From a virus: a stretch of DNA of 64,000 nucleotides. Below the pieces are notes generated by a model. The model was not told the origin of the DNA, made no database searches, and saw only the letters and a program-made list of their open reading frames with translations. Location: IMG/VR virus record IMGVR_UViG_3300035099_000181, positions 1 to 64,000 of that record, one strand, 5' to 3'. The translations under genes were made by a program, and so were the position numbers. Positions 10,002 to 19,028 of this stretch are shown piece by piece; position 1 is the first letter of the stretch; each line of letters starts with the position of its first letter.

Positions 10002-10517
10002 ATGAACGTCAACAGGTGGATAGAAGGAAATCCAGAAGTCATCCTCGTGACTGCCGATTCAGGGGTCACGGTGGAGCTTGGGGATCTAATGTTCCTAGAC
10101 AGTTCGGATGGGCTGCGGAACAACGGGGCTTCGACAGCGACAAATTTCACCTATCCGATATCGTATTTGCGAGGATCGGGATCCTCGCTGGAACTGAACA
10201 AGGCCTTGGCAAAGGCTTACTTCTTGGGCATAGCGATGTCGGACAAGGACGGAATCTCGGATGGCGCGGATTCTAACGTATCCGTCGGGACTGGTGGGAA
10301 GTACCGCCTCAGCCTCAAGCCCGGGCACAATGTCCGAGCGAACTACATGTTTGGGGCGAGCGGGACGACCACAGGATCTGATTTGTACAATCAGTACGTG
10401 ATGTACACGACCGAGGTCTCCAAGGCACTCGGTTACTTCGCGGAGCACAAGGACTCCGCTCTGACGGCAGAAGCCGTGATCAGGACTGCATTCGGGCCTG
10501 ATAAAAAAATCTCCTAA
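10002..10517 (+). CDS. Capsid decoration/cement protein, paralog 2
   Basis: NRWIEGN..GDLMFL..FLGIAM..IRTAFGP, homologous to 9480-9998. Confidence 0.7.
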   Translation: MNVNRWIEGNPEVILVTADSGVTVELGDLMFLDSSDGLRNNGASTATNFTYPISYLRGSGSSLELNKALAKAYFLGIAMSDKDGISDGADSNVSVGTGGKYRLSLKPGHNVRANYMFGASGTTTGSDLYNQYVMYTTEVSKALGYFAEHKDSALTAEAVIRTAFGPDKKIS

Positions 10518-10535
10518 TGGAGGTGAAAGGAAAGG

Positions 10536-11609
10536 ATGTTTCGGAATAAGACAGGTGAGGCCCTGAAAAACCTCATCGAGGCAAGGGGAGAGGATGGCGC
10601 GTGCCAGGTACTCCGCGAGAGCTTCAAGTCCAAGAGGCTGCGGCCCGAGGACATGAGCTTGAAGGAGATATGGGAGGCTTGTGAGCCGGGAAGGATGGTA
10701 AATGAAGCAATAACCAGCTCTATGTTTCCTAAATTGACTGGCGAACTTATCAACGCGAAGGTCATTAGTGCATACGAAGCCATCCCGGACATTGGCGGAA
10801 TGCTTACTACGACAGTGGCGAGTCGTATGCAGATCGAACGTTTTGCGGGGTTGACTTCTGCGGAGGCTCCGGAAGAGGTGGCAGAAGGGGGCGAGTACAA
10901 GGACTCGACCAGGTCCGAGAAATATGTCGATATTCCAAACAAGAAATATGGGCGGAGAATCGATATCACAGAGGAGACCATCTTTTTTGACAAGACTGGA
11001 CAAATCCTCATGCGAGCTAATGATATAGGCGAAGAGGCTGCTCAGTACAAACAGGAGATAATTCTTGCTGGCGTTCAGGATTTGAATGGTGATGTATGGA
11101 GGCCTTCTGGCACTCCTACAGCATTTTATTCTGCGACTAACGGGAACTTGATCACAGCCAATCCGTTCTGCGAGTCAGGGCTTGAGGAAGTGATGAAGAA
11201 AGCTCAGCTCATGAAGAACGACTCCCTCGGGGCTGGGACAGGCGGATATGTGTTCATAGACTTGAACAATGTCTATGTTCTGGTGCCTATTCTTCTGCAG
11301 AAGGAAGCCTGGGAGCTGGCCAACAGCGTAAAGACTCCTGAGAGCGCGGAGAATGCCGAGAACTACTTCAAGGGAAGGTTTACGCCGATTAGTTCTCCAT
11401 TCGTTTCTGCGCAGAGTGACAGCACCTGGTACTGGGGCAACTTTGCCAAGGACTTTGTGTGGCTTGAGGTCTGGCCTTTGCAGACGATCACGAAGCCGCC
11501 TGGCGGGGATGACGAATTCAAGAGGGATGTCAAGTCAAGTACCAAGGTTCGGTTCTATGGTGGCGTTGGCGCACTTGACGTAAAGCATTGCTTCAAGAAT
11601 ACTGCATAA
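10536..11609 (+). CDS. Major capsid protein (Mu gpT-like, HK97 fold)
   Basis: PEEVAEGGEY, KKYGRRIDITEETIFFD, SPFV..STWYWG motifs; 357 aa; expected position. Confidence 0.88.
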   Translation: MFRNKTGEALKNLIEARGEDGACQVLRESFKSKRLRPEDMSLKEIWEACEPGRMVNEAITSSMFPKLTGELINAKVISAYEAIPDIGGMLTTTVASRMQIERFAGLTSAEAPEEVAEGGEYKDSTRSEKYVDIPNKKYGRRIDITEETIFFDKTGQILMRANDIGEEAAQYKQEIILAGVQDLNGDVWRPSGTPTAFYSATNGNLITANPFCESGLEEVMKKAQLMKNDSLGAGTGGYVFIDLNNVYVLVPILLQKEAWELANSVKTPESAENAENYFKGRFTPISSPFVSAQSDSTWYWGNFAKDFVWLEVWPLQTITKPPGGDDEFKRDVKSSTKVRFYGGVGALDVKHCFKNTA

Positions 11610-11697
11610 AAGCGGCAATAACAAGTAGTTATGCTATCTACTCAAAAAGCAAGGCGGTTGGCTATAGTTTCACCCGCCGAAAGAAGGAGGAACTAAG

Positions 11698-12108
11698 ATG
11701 GCAAGATCAGGAATTGGCAGAGGAACCCGGATGGGCCATGGAATCCTGTCCGGGACAACGCTGGCTGTATCCCCTTCCGGTGTTACGATAGATGCTGGGG
11801 GGATACAGATTGGCTCTTACTACTTCATACGGCACGCGGGCACAAACACCAAGATGGTATCTGGCATCGCGGACGCTGCTAATAACAAGAGTCCGGGAGG
11901 GGCGTCGCTCGCTATAACGACTGGGCTAACGGGCGTATCTGATATATGGCTTTCGATCAAGTACACCGGGACTGCGACGAGCACGGTGTCGAGGGCCACA
12001 TGGACTGGCACAACATCGGTGTGCAACATAAATACTTTCGACGCTGCCGGTGGTCCGGCCACGCCACACCAAGGGACTTCAATCGCCTGGACCGCCTTCG
12101 GCTGGTAG
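11698..12108 (+). CDS. Virion protein (head fibre/decoration), paralog 1
   Basis: Strong RBS; N-terminus MARSGIGRGTRMGHGILSGTTLAVSPSGVTID shared with the next gene; G/S/T-rich. Confidence 0.6.
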   Translation: MARSGIGRGTRMGHGILSGTTLAVSPSGVTIDAGGIQIGSYYFIRHAGTNTKMVSGIADAANNKSPGGASLAITTGLTGVSDIWLSIKYTGTATSTVSRATWTGTTSVCNINTFDAAGGPATPHQGTSIAWTAFGW

Positions 12109-12123
12109 GTAGGGAGGTAGGAT

Positions 12124-12570
12124 ATGGCGAGATATGGGATTGGGAGAGGGACCAGGGAAGGGCATGGGGTGCTGTCGGGGACTACTCTCGCGGTGGTCCC
12201 CTCTGGCGTCACGATAGATGCTAGGGGAATAACCGAGACTTCGCAGGTGTCGTACCCTGTGGCATATTCAGCCAAGACCCGGACAATCGTCCAAGGCAAG
12301 GCTGACTACTCAACTGCCAATGCTGGGGCAGTTGCTGGAAATAGCATCGTCTTGACCGTGACGCCTGGATTGACTACCGTGGAATACTTCTGGCCTTATA
12401 TCTACTCGGTGGGCACCAAGGGCGGAGCTCCTGCGGCGTCATCGTCTCTTGCGGTGTGGGCTCCGTTGAGCTCTGGCTCTGGCGTGACGATCTACACCTA
12501 TAACGCTGCTGGCGCTCCCGCGACATGCGAATGCGGTGTCACGGTGGCCTGGCTAGCTGTGGGGACATAG
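12124..12570 (+). CDS. Virion protein (head fibre/decoration), paralog 2
   Basis: MARYGIGRGTREGHGVLSGTTLAVVPSGVTID; C-terminal AWLAVG versus AWTAFG in paralog 1. Confidence 0.6.
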   Translation: MARYGIGRGTREGHGVLSGTTLAVVPSGVTIDARGITETSQVSYPVAYSAKTRTIVQGKADYSTANAGAVAGNSIVLTVTPGLTTVEYFWPYIYSVGTKGGAPAASSSLAVWAPLSSGSGVTIYTYNAAGAPATCECGVTVAWLAVGT

Positions 12571-12584
12571 CGGAGGTGAGAAGC

Positions 12585-12938
12585 ATGAAGATATTTCCGA
12601 ACGTAATCACCTCCGCCACTTCAGGCGGCTGGAACTGGTCTGATGCCTTGGATATCACGAGGCATGCGGACCTGGGCTACTTCAACCTGGAGTGGAACAT
12701 AACTTCTGGCGGGGCTGTTACTTTCGCCTGGTCTGGCTGTACAAGTTCTACGGGCACGTTCACGATGTCCACGACTTACATTAAGACTTCCGGCACGAGC
12801 ATTTCCGGGCCTGCTGGGGATGGGCGTGACTTCGCTGGATTCGGGCCGTCAATTTTTCCCTGGATTAGGATAGGTGCATACGCGACAGGCATAGGGCCAT
12901 GCACAGCAGCATTATCTTGCAGTATGATTGTGGGGTAA
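12585..12938 (+). CDS. Putative virion protein, beta-rich
   Basis: GGAGGT RBS before ATG 12585; S/G/T-rich; PWIRIG motif. Confidence 0.55.
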   Translation: MKIFPNVITSATSGGWNWSDALDITRHADLGYFNLEWNITSGGAVTFAWSGCTSSTGTFTMSTTYIKTSGTSISGPAGDGRDFAGFGPSIFPWIRIGAYATGIGPCTAALSCSMIVG

Positions 12939-12940
12939 AG

Positions 12941-14266
12941 ATGAAAAAAGTATTATCTTCAAGAGTTCTTCTATTTCTTCTATTTCTCCTGTTTCTTCCT
13001 ATTATGGCTTTTGCCCAACCAGGCTGGGATACTATTCTCAATAGACCCAATACTTTCACCAAGCCCCAGGTATTCAGTCAGGGGGCCAGCTTTTTGGCAT
13101 ATGTCGGCATCGGGACGACGAGTCCGCAGAGAACTATGCATGTTGTTGGTGTTCAACGATGGGAACGTCAGGGGCAAAATATAGAATTTAATCCAAATTG
13201 GAGTCTACTCAACACTGATGCTGCTTGTTCAGTTTTAGAAGATAAAAATTTGCGTTTTATCTTGAGGGATGCAACTATTGGTTATGTGCCACTGTTTTTA
13301 GGAACTGGTGGCAATGTTGGAGTAGGTGGGACGGCGGCAAATACTTCGCCTGTAATTTATGCAGGAGCAACTGGCAACGTCGGCATCAGGACGACGGCGC
13401 CTGCCTCTGCTTTGGATGTAAGTGGCACGGTATCGGTTGGAACAGTTACAGCAATAGCGAATCCGATGAGACTTACGATGGCTGACAACGGTACTGGAAT
13501 AACAATAAAAGCAAATGCGATTCAGGCAAGCGTGACGACAGCAGACACATACGTTGATTTCCGCTCGACCACAGGATCTGAGGGGTCCATTGCCGGCACT
13601 GAAGTCGCAGGGGTTATTGCCTACAATACTTTCACGGGAAGTCATTATACCTGCCTCATTGATGCTGACAAGGATAGGGTGCAAGTTGGCGATCTTCTGG
13701 AGGCTGTTGATGAGCCTATCACGGTTCTCGACTGGCCCAAGCGAGAGAAAGATGCGGCGCACTTCGAGAATGTAGAGCAACCGGTTTACGATGAGAATGG
13801 AAAGCCAGTGATGGTGGAGAAGCGAAACGAGAAGGGCGAGGTTATATTTGAAGCAGAGCAAGCGCCTTCTGGGCCAAATCCTGCGCCAGTAATGGTTCAG
13901 AAACGAGAGACTGTGCAGAAACTTGTTGCGGCGACCTACTACGAGGCCAGTACCAAGCCACAACTTTTCAAGAGTCGCATCTGCCGGACTAAGGGCAGTA
14001 AGGCGGCCATAGGCGTCTGGGGAGGCAGGGACAAAGAAGGCAGAGATATGGTTCTTGCGATAGGCACAGGAGTTGTCAAGGTGGTGAACACTGGCGTAAA
14101 TCTTGAAATTGGAGATCTTCTGATATCCTCAGCGAGGGCTGGCTGCGTTGAGGTTCAAGATGATGATATTGTGCGCAACAAGACAGTTGCCAAGATAACG
14201 CAGAACGTCAAATGGGAAGCTGGCGAGACCGTCAAGTGGGTAAAATGCATCTACCTTGGTGGCTAA
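12941..14266 (+). CDS. Fibre-like protein with predicted signal peptide, VGIGTT repeats and a C-terminal intramolecular-chaperone-like domain
   Basis: MKKVLSSRVLLFLLFLLFLPIMAFA-Q; VGIGTTSP, NVGVGGT, NVGIRTTAP; FTGSH...GDLLISS...QDDDIVRNKTVAK...CIY. Confidence 0.65.
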   Translation: MKKVLSSRVLLFLLFLLFLPIMAFAQPGWDTILNRPNTFTKPQVFSQGASFLAYVGIGTTSPQRTMHVVGVQRWERQGQNIEFNPNWSLLNTDAACSVLEDKNLRFILRDATIGYVPLFLGTGGNVGVGGTAANTSPVIYAGATGNVGIRTTAPASALDVSGTVSVGTVTAIANPMRLTMADNGTGITIKANAIQASVTTADTYVDFRSTTGSEGSIAGTEVAGVIAYNTFTGSHYTCLIDADKDRVQVGDLLEAVDEPITVLDWPKREKDAAHFENVEQPVYDENGKPVMVEKRNEKGEVIFEAEQAPSGPNPAPVMVQKRETVQKLVAATYYEASTKPQLFKSRICRTKGSKAAIGVWGGRDKEGRDMVLAIGTGVVKVVNTGVNLEIGDLLISSARAGCVEVQDDDIVRNKTVAKITQNVKWEAGETVKWVKCIYLGG

Positions 14267-14544
14267 TACTATTTCTACTTCTTGCTGGCTGTGCAACTCC
14301 TCTGGCTCAAGAGCACATAGTGACATTGCCCCAGGTCACGATTCATCTCGAAGGCGAGGGCAGCGGGCCAATGCTTCACGCTCCAAACGCGGCGATGGCA
14401 AGTACGGATGGGCAGAAGCAGATTTGGATTCACGGAAGTATTTACAAGAGTCTCATCATGGTAGACGATCCATGTGCTTTAGGCCATGAAATCTGGCACC
14501 TCATGCACTGGACAGACTCGAAAATAGGAGATCCTGATAAATAA
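14245..14544 (+). CDS. Lipoprotein with a zincin HExxH motif
   Basis: Hydrophobic leader with lipobox LLAG-C; LGHEIWHLMH. Confidence 0.65.
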   Translation: MHLPWWLILFLLLAGCATPLAQEHIVTLPQVTIHLEGEGSGPMLHAPNAAMASTDGQKQIWIHGSIYKSLIMVDDPCALGHEIWHLMHWTDSKIGDPDK

Positions 14545-14561
14545 GACAGAAGGAGGACGGA

Positions 14562-14651
14562 ATGACAGCGATTCGCAAAGCACTCTGGTTTGCTCTTGTG
14601 TTGCTGTCTCTCATCGGTCTTGCCGAGATTATGCTTTATGTGCCCTGGTGA
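14562..14651 (+). CDS. 29-aa single-TM peptide (absent from the ORF track)
   Basis: AGGAGG RBS; MTAIRKALWFALVLLSLIGLAEIMLYVPW. Confidence 0.5.
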   Translation: MTAIRKALWFALVLLSLIGLAEIMLYVPW

Positions 14652-14670
14652 GGCAGAAAAGGGTCTGATA

Positions 14671-14880
14671 ATGAATCAGAAAACGTTAATGTGGCTTGTT
14701 GGCCTTTTGTTGACCATTTTAACGCTTATGACGGCGTGGCATCAATCGACTTTCGCAAATTTGCACAAAGAATACGTTTCGCTGGAATCTTATCGTTGTG
14801 ATCAGTTGCGAATCGAGAAGAAGCTGGATGATATTTTGAAATACCTGATAAACAAAAGCGGAAAAGATGCCGGGCCATAA
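14671..14880 (+). CDS. Small membrane protein with coiled coil (holin/XhlA-like)
   Basis: TM segment LMWLVGLLLTILTLMTAW followed by QLRIEKKLDDILKYL. Confidence 0.5.
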   Translation: MNQKTLMWLVGLLLTILTLMTAWHQSTFANLHKEYVSLESYRCDQLRIEKKLDDILKYLINKSGKDAGP

Positions 14881-15054
14881 AATCGCTGCACCAGCAACTG
14901 ACAAAGCTAGCTGCGGCGATTGATAAAGAGCAACTCACATTGAGAGCATGACGCATGGACCTAAAAAATAACGACCTGCTACTGATACTTGTGATAGCGT
15001 AGCGCAGATATTCATGCTCTATTGAGTCAGACATTCTTCTAGAGGAGGTTTTGG

Positions 15055-17208
15055 TTGGATTGGGTGCTGCTTTTCTTTATAGCAACTTTGCTTATTGCTC
15101 CGGTGGTGTTCGCTCCTATGCGTTTTCTCGACGGTTACATTCTGCCTCAAATAGGGATCGCCTCGTTCGGGATCTCCTTGGCTCTTGTGTTTCTTGTTTG
15201 GCAGGGACTGTTCCCGCTTAATCTTTCCTGCATTCTCGCTCTAGGATTCTTCTCCTATCTAATGATAGCAAACTCATGGAGCACAGTTCCCCACAACTCG
15301 CTGAGGGATGTGCCCCTAATCTTCGCTTCCGTATTCTCTTTTATAATTGCCTCTTGCATAGGTTCCACTTTTGGCAATGTAGGACTCGTCGGGATAGCCC
15401 TGGCGGTGTTCTGTGTGTCGATGTTCACGTGCCTGTATGGGATAGGGCAGAGATTCCGGTTCGACCCTCTATTCCATGAGCGTCTTAAGTCAAGGAAAGA
15501 TGCCTACGCGGACAAGCCTAAAGAGAAAATCCCGGAATGCTTCCAAAATGAGAATTTCGTAGACAGCCGGGCGATATCGACGCTCGGGAACACGAACTAC
15601 GCGGCGGGGTTCTTCTTAAGCACCATACCATTCCTATTCTTCTTATCATTTGAGGTTTCTCCTTGGTTCCTGCTGTCTTTTCTTGTAGTGGTAGGGGCGA
15701 TGGTGGCTACGCACACGAGAGCAGGACTGCTGTCGATATTTACGATAGCTTTTGTCGGATTAGTCTTGGCGTCGGAGAGAGGATACTTGTTCGATATACT
15801 ATTTTGGGCATTTGGGGATATGCCCATCCTGTCAGTCATCTTGCTGAGCGTCATAATTATTGCTGGCGGGATCTTTTTGCTCAAGAAGGCTAGGAAGGGG
15901 AAGTGGCTCAGTTCATTGTCAAATCCTGATGATCCGATAAATACAACTCTTGACATAGAGCATACTCACCAGGACCATTGGGTGGCCCATTTCCGGTATC
16001 GCTTGCGTTATATCCGGGCTGCATGGTACCTCATCAAAAGGAAACCTCTACAAGGTTACGGGTTGAGGACATACAGAAAGGAAGTCTACTACGCTCAGGC
16101 GATGCTGGACATGCAAACCAAGGGCGAATTCCTTGGCTACGGGTACCAGACGCCCCAGCCGCGAGAGGTCCATAACGATCTGATAGAGAACTTTGTGGAA
16201 GGCGGCTTCCCAGGGGGCTTGCTTTTCCTCGCTGTTGTGGGGACTGTGCTTTACTCGTGTGCGGGCGCATTGAATTCTGGCATCCCGATGATGCGGTATC
16301 TTGCTATGGCCGGGATGGTCGCAGGGATAGTCGGGTTCCTGGTGGATGCCTGCTTCTTCTTCCCGCTGCGGCTTGGGCCTTCTGCTATGATGTTTTGGAC
16401 AAGCCTGGCGCTAGCTCAGTCTTATATCGCGCCTTCTTCTGTTGTGTCGTTTGGGCAGGGCTGGATGCTCCCCGCATTTGTCCTGGCCTGTCTTGCGGCA
16501 ATGAATTGGGAAGGGGTGATAAAGCCAAACTTAGGGAATTGGTACTTTACCAAGGCGAACTTCTCGCAATATTCGTATAACAAGGAGAAGTACTTAAATA
16601 AGGCCATGGATATGTGTCCGAAGGAAACGATCTTCCGGACTCATATGCTTATAGGATACATGGACTCACTGCCGAATGAGTCTGATCAGCAGGCGGAGGC
16701 CATGCGGCAGCATTATGATGGTATGACGCCGGGGTGGGCGATGGCGTACAACTCGGCAATGGCGGCGATAGCTAACCAGAGGTGGGAGGATGCGGGGAGA
16801 TTTCTTAGAGACTCACTCGTGTTCTATCCCGCATTTCAGCCAGCGAGGGATCTGATGGCCAAGATATGGGCCAAGATTCCCTTGCCAAGAGAAAGGATCA
16901 AGATGAAAAAAATGACGGATGAGGGCCTGACTGCGATAAGGGCGCATCAGCAGAGGGCGGACGGCATGCAGAAGGAGATCCAGAGAGAGCTGATCAACGT
17001 GCAGCTTTCAATCGAGAATATCATTCTCAATGAGAAACTGAGGCTGAACATCCCGATTGACTGGCCATTTGATGTACAGACAGGCGTGTTCCTATCGCCA
17101 CGAGAGGTGCAGGGTGACATGAAGGTCATCGAGATGCCTTCCGCGAGGACTCCGGTGATCCAGCCTAAGCAGATACAGCAAAACGGAGAGCAAGAGAAAG
17201 CAGCATAG
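15055..17208 (+). CDS. O-antigen ligase / O-oligosaccharyltransferase family (Wzy_C) membrane protein with a TPR-like C-terminus
   Basis: Many TM helices; STLGNTNYAAG, THTRAG, R..Y..AAWYLI...PLQGYG and VHNDLIE..VEGG motifs. Confidence 0.85.
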   Translation: MDWVLLFFIATLLIAPVVFAPMRFLDGYILPQIGIASFGISLALVFLVWQGLFPLNLSCILALGFFSYLMIANSWSTVPHNSLRDVPLIFASVFSFIIASCIGSTFGNVGLVGIALAVFCVSMFTCLYGIGQRFRFDPLFHERLKSRKDAYADKPKEKIPECFQNENFVDSRAISTLGNTNYAAGFFLSTIPFLFFLSFEVSPWFLLSFLVVVGAMVATHTRAGLLSIFTIAFVGLVLASERGYLFDILFWAFGDMPILSVILLSVIIIAGGIFLLKKARKGKWLSSLSNPDDPINTTLDIEHTHQDHWVAHFRYRLRYIRAAWYLIKRKPLQGYGLRTYRKEVYYAQAMLDMQTKGEFLGYGYQTPQPREVHNDLIENFVEGGFPGGLLFLAVVGTVLYSCAGALNSGIPMMRYLAMAGMVAGIVGFLVDACFFFPLRLGPSAMMFWTSLALAQSYIAPSSVVSFGQGWMLPAFVLACLAAMNWEGVIKPNLGNWYFTKANFSQYSYNKEKYLNKAMDMCPKETIFRTHMLIGYMDSLPNESDQQAEAMRQHYDGMTPGWAMAYNSAMAAIANQRWEDAGRFLRDSLVFYPAFQPARDLMAKIWAKIPLPRERIKMKKMTDEGLTAIRAHQQRADGMQKEIQRELINVQLSIENIILNEKLRLNIPIDWPFDVQTGVFLSPREVQGDMKVIEMPSARTPVIQPKQIQQNGEQEKAA

Positions 17209-17221
17209 AAAGGAGAGTTCC

Positions 17222-17452
17222 ATGATTATTGATGATTTGTTGAAGCAGGATAGGTTCAGCAGGGAGCTTCAGAAGGCGACGGCGCGGATAATCACTCAGA
17301 AGGATACGTTGGCTGTGACGACGGCGCATGCCTTGCTTGCTGTCATTGACGAGCTAAGACAGACAAATTCTTTGCTCAAGGAACTTGTCACGCAAGGATC
17401 TTTCGAGGGCAAGGTGGAGAGACCTGAACCGAAGAAGGTCAGGAGCGCGTAA
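17222..17452 (+). CDS. Hypothetical protein
   Basis: AGGAG RBS; 76-aa ORF within the operon. Confidence 0.6.
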   Translation: MIIDDLLKQDRFSRELQKATARIITQKDTLAVTTAHALLAVIDELRQTNSLLKELVTQGSFEGKVERPEPKKVRSA

Positions 17453-17453
17453 G

Positions 17454-17852
17454 ATGGCATACACTCATGATCCGGCTTCCGACGAGGGCCTTGTCAGAAC
17501 CCTGATCTTTGATAAGACTTCCGCGACTACTCCTGTCCAAGGAACAGATTACCAATTTGAGGACGAGGAGATAACGGCTGTCATTAGCCAGAACAGCAGC
17601 GACTTATGGAACGCAGCGTCAGACCTGTGCCGGGCCTTGTCGGCCAAGTACGCTGCTGAGGCTATAAGCCTGGGCCTCGGCAAAGGGGATATTTCGCTGG
17701 ACTTGCGGGAGAAGTCGAGAATGTATTCCCAGCTTTCCCAGCAGTACCAGGCTAAGGCAACCACAGGAGGGACTGCAGAATACACAGATTCCTTCAACTA
17801 TGAGATCTCGGGAGCGGGGATTGACATTAGCGAGTATGTGGGGTCTGACTGA
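17454..17852 (+). CDS. Head-tail connector (adaptor)
   Basis: VRTLIFD...FEDEEI...AASDLCRALSAKYA pattern; first gene of the neck module. Confidence 0.7.
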   Translation: MAYTHDPASDEGLVRTLIFDKTSATTPVQGTDYQFEDEEITAVISQNSSDLWNAASDLCRALSAKYAAEAISLGLGKGDISLDLREKSRMYSQLSQQYQAKATTGGTAEYTDSFNYEISGAGIDISEYVGSD

Positions 17853-18256
17853 TGACGATACTTTCATCCTCCCTGATATCTTCCCTTAAGTCCACGATAG
17901 GAAGCGTGGTAAAAGACGCCTCGTTGACTACCAGGATTACATACAAGATGACTGGGGCAACCGTCTCGACTTGGGATCCTACGACTGGCGTGATCCCAGA
18001 CATGTACACTACGTCAGAAGTAAGCGCCTTCAAGGGAACTTATTCTTTGGACGAGGTGAACAAATCAAGGGGGTTGATCGAATATGGGGATGTGAAGTTC
18101 GTCTTGATGGCGTCGGACGTGACAGGGATACTATCCGTGGACGACATGGTAGTCGCGTCTGCTACCTCGTACCAGTCCGCGACGACGTACCAGGTGAAGT
18201 CTATTAGCCGTGATCCGCTGTCATTTTGCTACTTCATTCAGGGGAGGTCCGTCTGA
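17852..18256 (+). CDS. Head closure/stopper protein
   Basis: WDPTTG, GDVKF and YQVKSI motifs; position in the neck module. Confidence 0.65.
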   Translation: MTILSSSLISSLKSTIGSVVKDASLTTRITYKMTGATVSTWDPTTGVIPDMYTTSEVSAFKGTYSLDEVNKSRGLIEYGDVKFVLMASDVTGILSVDDMVVASATSYQSATTYQVKSISRDPLSFCYFIQGRSV

Positions 18257-18720
18257 TGCAGGTCAAGGTGGAACTAGAGACTGCCGCGTTCAACAGGGGC
18301 ATGACGAAGTTCATGGCAAAGACTAACTTGTCTGCCGACATTGTACTCAGGAAGTATGCTATGGATCTGCTTTCTCTTATTCTGCGCGCACCGCCTAACA
18401 GCAAGCATCCTGTGGATACTGGCCGGGCAAGGGCTGGATGGTATGCTTCTGCTATGGGAACGGGAACGAGATGGACTGATGCTGGGAAGGATTCGGCGGC
18501 AATCGCATTGGGTAAGTCTGAAGGCTCATATGCGGAACACTTCGGTTGGCTGGACAAGTGGATCGAGATGACAAACGGAGTGGATTACATCGTGTACCTA
18601 GAGTACGGGCACTCACAGCAGGCTCCTGCCGGGATGGTGCGTGTGAGTATGAGGCAGATGAGAGGATTACTGCCGGAGAAACTGTCGAAGCAGTGGATAA
18701 AGGATTGGAACAGCATATAG
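18256..18720 (+). CDS. HK97 gp10-like neck/tail completion protein
   Basis: PVDTGRARAGW and NGVDYIVYLEYGHSQQAPAGMVR. Confidence 0.85.
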   Translation: MQVKVELETAAFNRGMTKFMAKTNLSADIVLRKYAMDLLSLILRAPPNSKHPVDTGRARAGWYASAMGTGTRWTDAGKDSAAIALGKSEGSYAEHFGWLDKWIEMTNGVDYIVYLEYGHSQQAPAGMVRVSMRQMRGLLPEKLSKQWIKDWNSI

Positions 18721-18728
18721 GAGAGAAA

Positions 18729-19028
18729 ATGGACGATAGGATTGATGTTTACATTACATTCACGGAGCAGACGGCCTATGGCGAATTTAGGGACGCCATT
18801 AATTTATCTCTGGCTGAATACAAAGCGATAAGCAAGGATGCACTAGATGCGCTGAAAAGGGAGCGCATGGCCGCTTTTGTGGCGCACATGCAGATGCCGC
18901 CTGCTCCGAAGACTCTTGATCCTGTCAACGAGTTTGCGCAGTATGTTTCCGGATTGAAACGCACACCAGAACTCATAGAGAAAATAGCCAAGATCAAGGC
19001 CGATCTGGAGGCGCAGTTTGGCAACTAA
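18729..19028 (+). CDS. Hypothetical protein
   Basis: GGAG RBS; ORF overlaps the start of the next gene. Confidence 0.55.
   Translation: MDDRIDVYITFTEQTAYGEFRDAINLSLAEYKAISKDALDALKRERMAAFVAHMQMPPAPKTLDPVNEFAQYVSGLKRTPELIEKIAKIKADLEAQFGN

Noticed and set aside
8507-11003. Long minus-strand ORFs (8507-9583, 8629-9384, 10095-11003) and similar antisense ORFs elsewhere
   Set aside because: They shadow well-supported + strand head genes and contain no recognisable motifs.
14726-15034. Minus-strand ORF faintly resembling a GtrA flippase next to the ligase-like gene
   Set aside because: The similarity is only impressionistic, charged residues interrupt the would-be TM segments, and it overlaps a plausible + strand gene.
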